Origin: Microbotryum violaceum
Taxonomy: Eukaryota
Direction of reading: 5' to 3'
DNA length: 64,000 nucleotides
NCBI GenBank assembly: GCA_001244265.2
Contig: LN717261.1
Coordinates: 1,317,591-1,381,590 of the forward strand
Shown here: in pieces, positions 63,954 to 64,000 of the stretch
Numbering within the stretch: the stretch's first letter is position 1
Layout: the number at the start of each line of letters is the position of its first letter
Program-made: the position numbers and the translations under genes
The notes under the pieces: model-generated
Seen by the model: only the letters and a program-made list of their open reading frames with translations
What the model was told of the DNA's origin: nothing
Databases searched by the model: none

Positions 63954-64000
63954 CCATCGTTGAGCTCGCAGCGCCCAGCTTTGAACGTCTTTTGCTCGGT

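Overview
Eukaryotic DNA from a fungus, with GT-AG introns and CTGAC/CTAAC branch points. It is most likely a basidiomycete of the Pucciniomycotina; the TpCpG->TpTpG mutation bias suggests a Microbotryum-like host (inference). The window is mostly nested, decaying transposable elements: three pieces of one L1/Tx1-type LINE, several Ty3/Gypsy chromovirus copies, four Ty1/Copia families and two solo LTRs. It also holds a CACTA/EnSpm element, a MULE-like transposase remnant, a Kyakuja-Dileera-Zisupton (KDZ) element, a P-element-like transposase preceded by a Ulp1 protease domain, and small TIR elements. One host-gene island (10.9-17.9 kb) carries an apparently intact IMP3, a SAP-like/low-complexity gene and a GH3 beta-glucosidase pseudogene. 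The main structural result is that one KDZ transposon is split into two oppositely oriented halves about 42 kb apart; its 268-bp TIRs, 8-bp TSD and intron phase reassemble once the left piece is flipped. Two 'complete' LTR elements lack TSDs and have unrelated flanks, so the region records several rearrangements.
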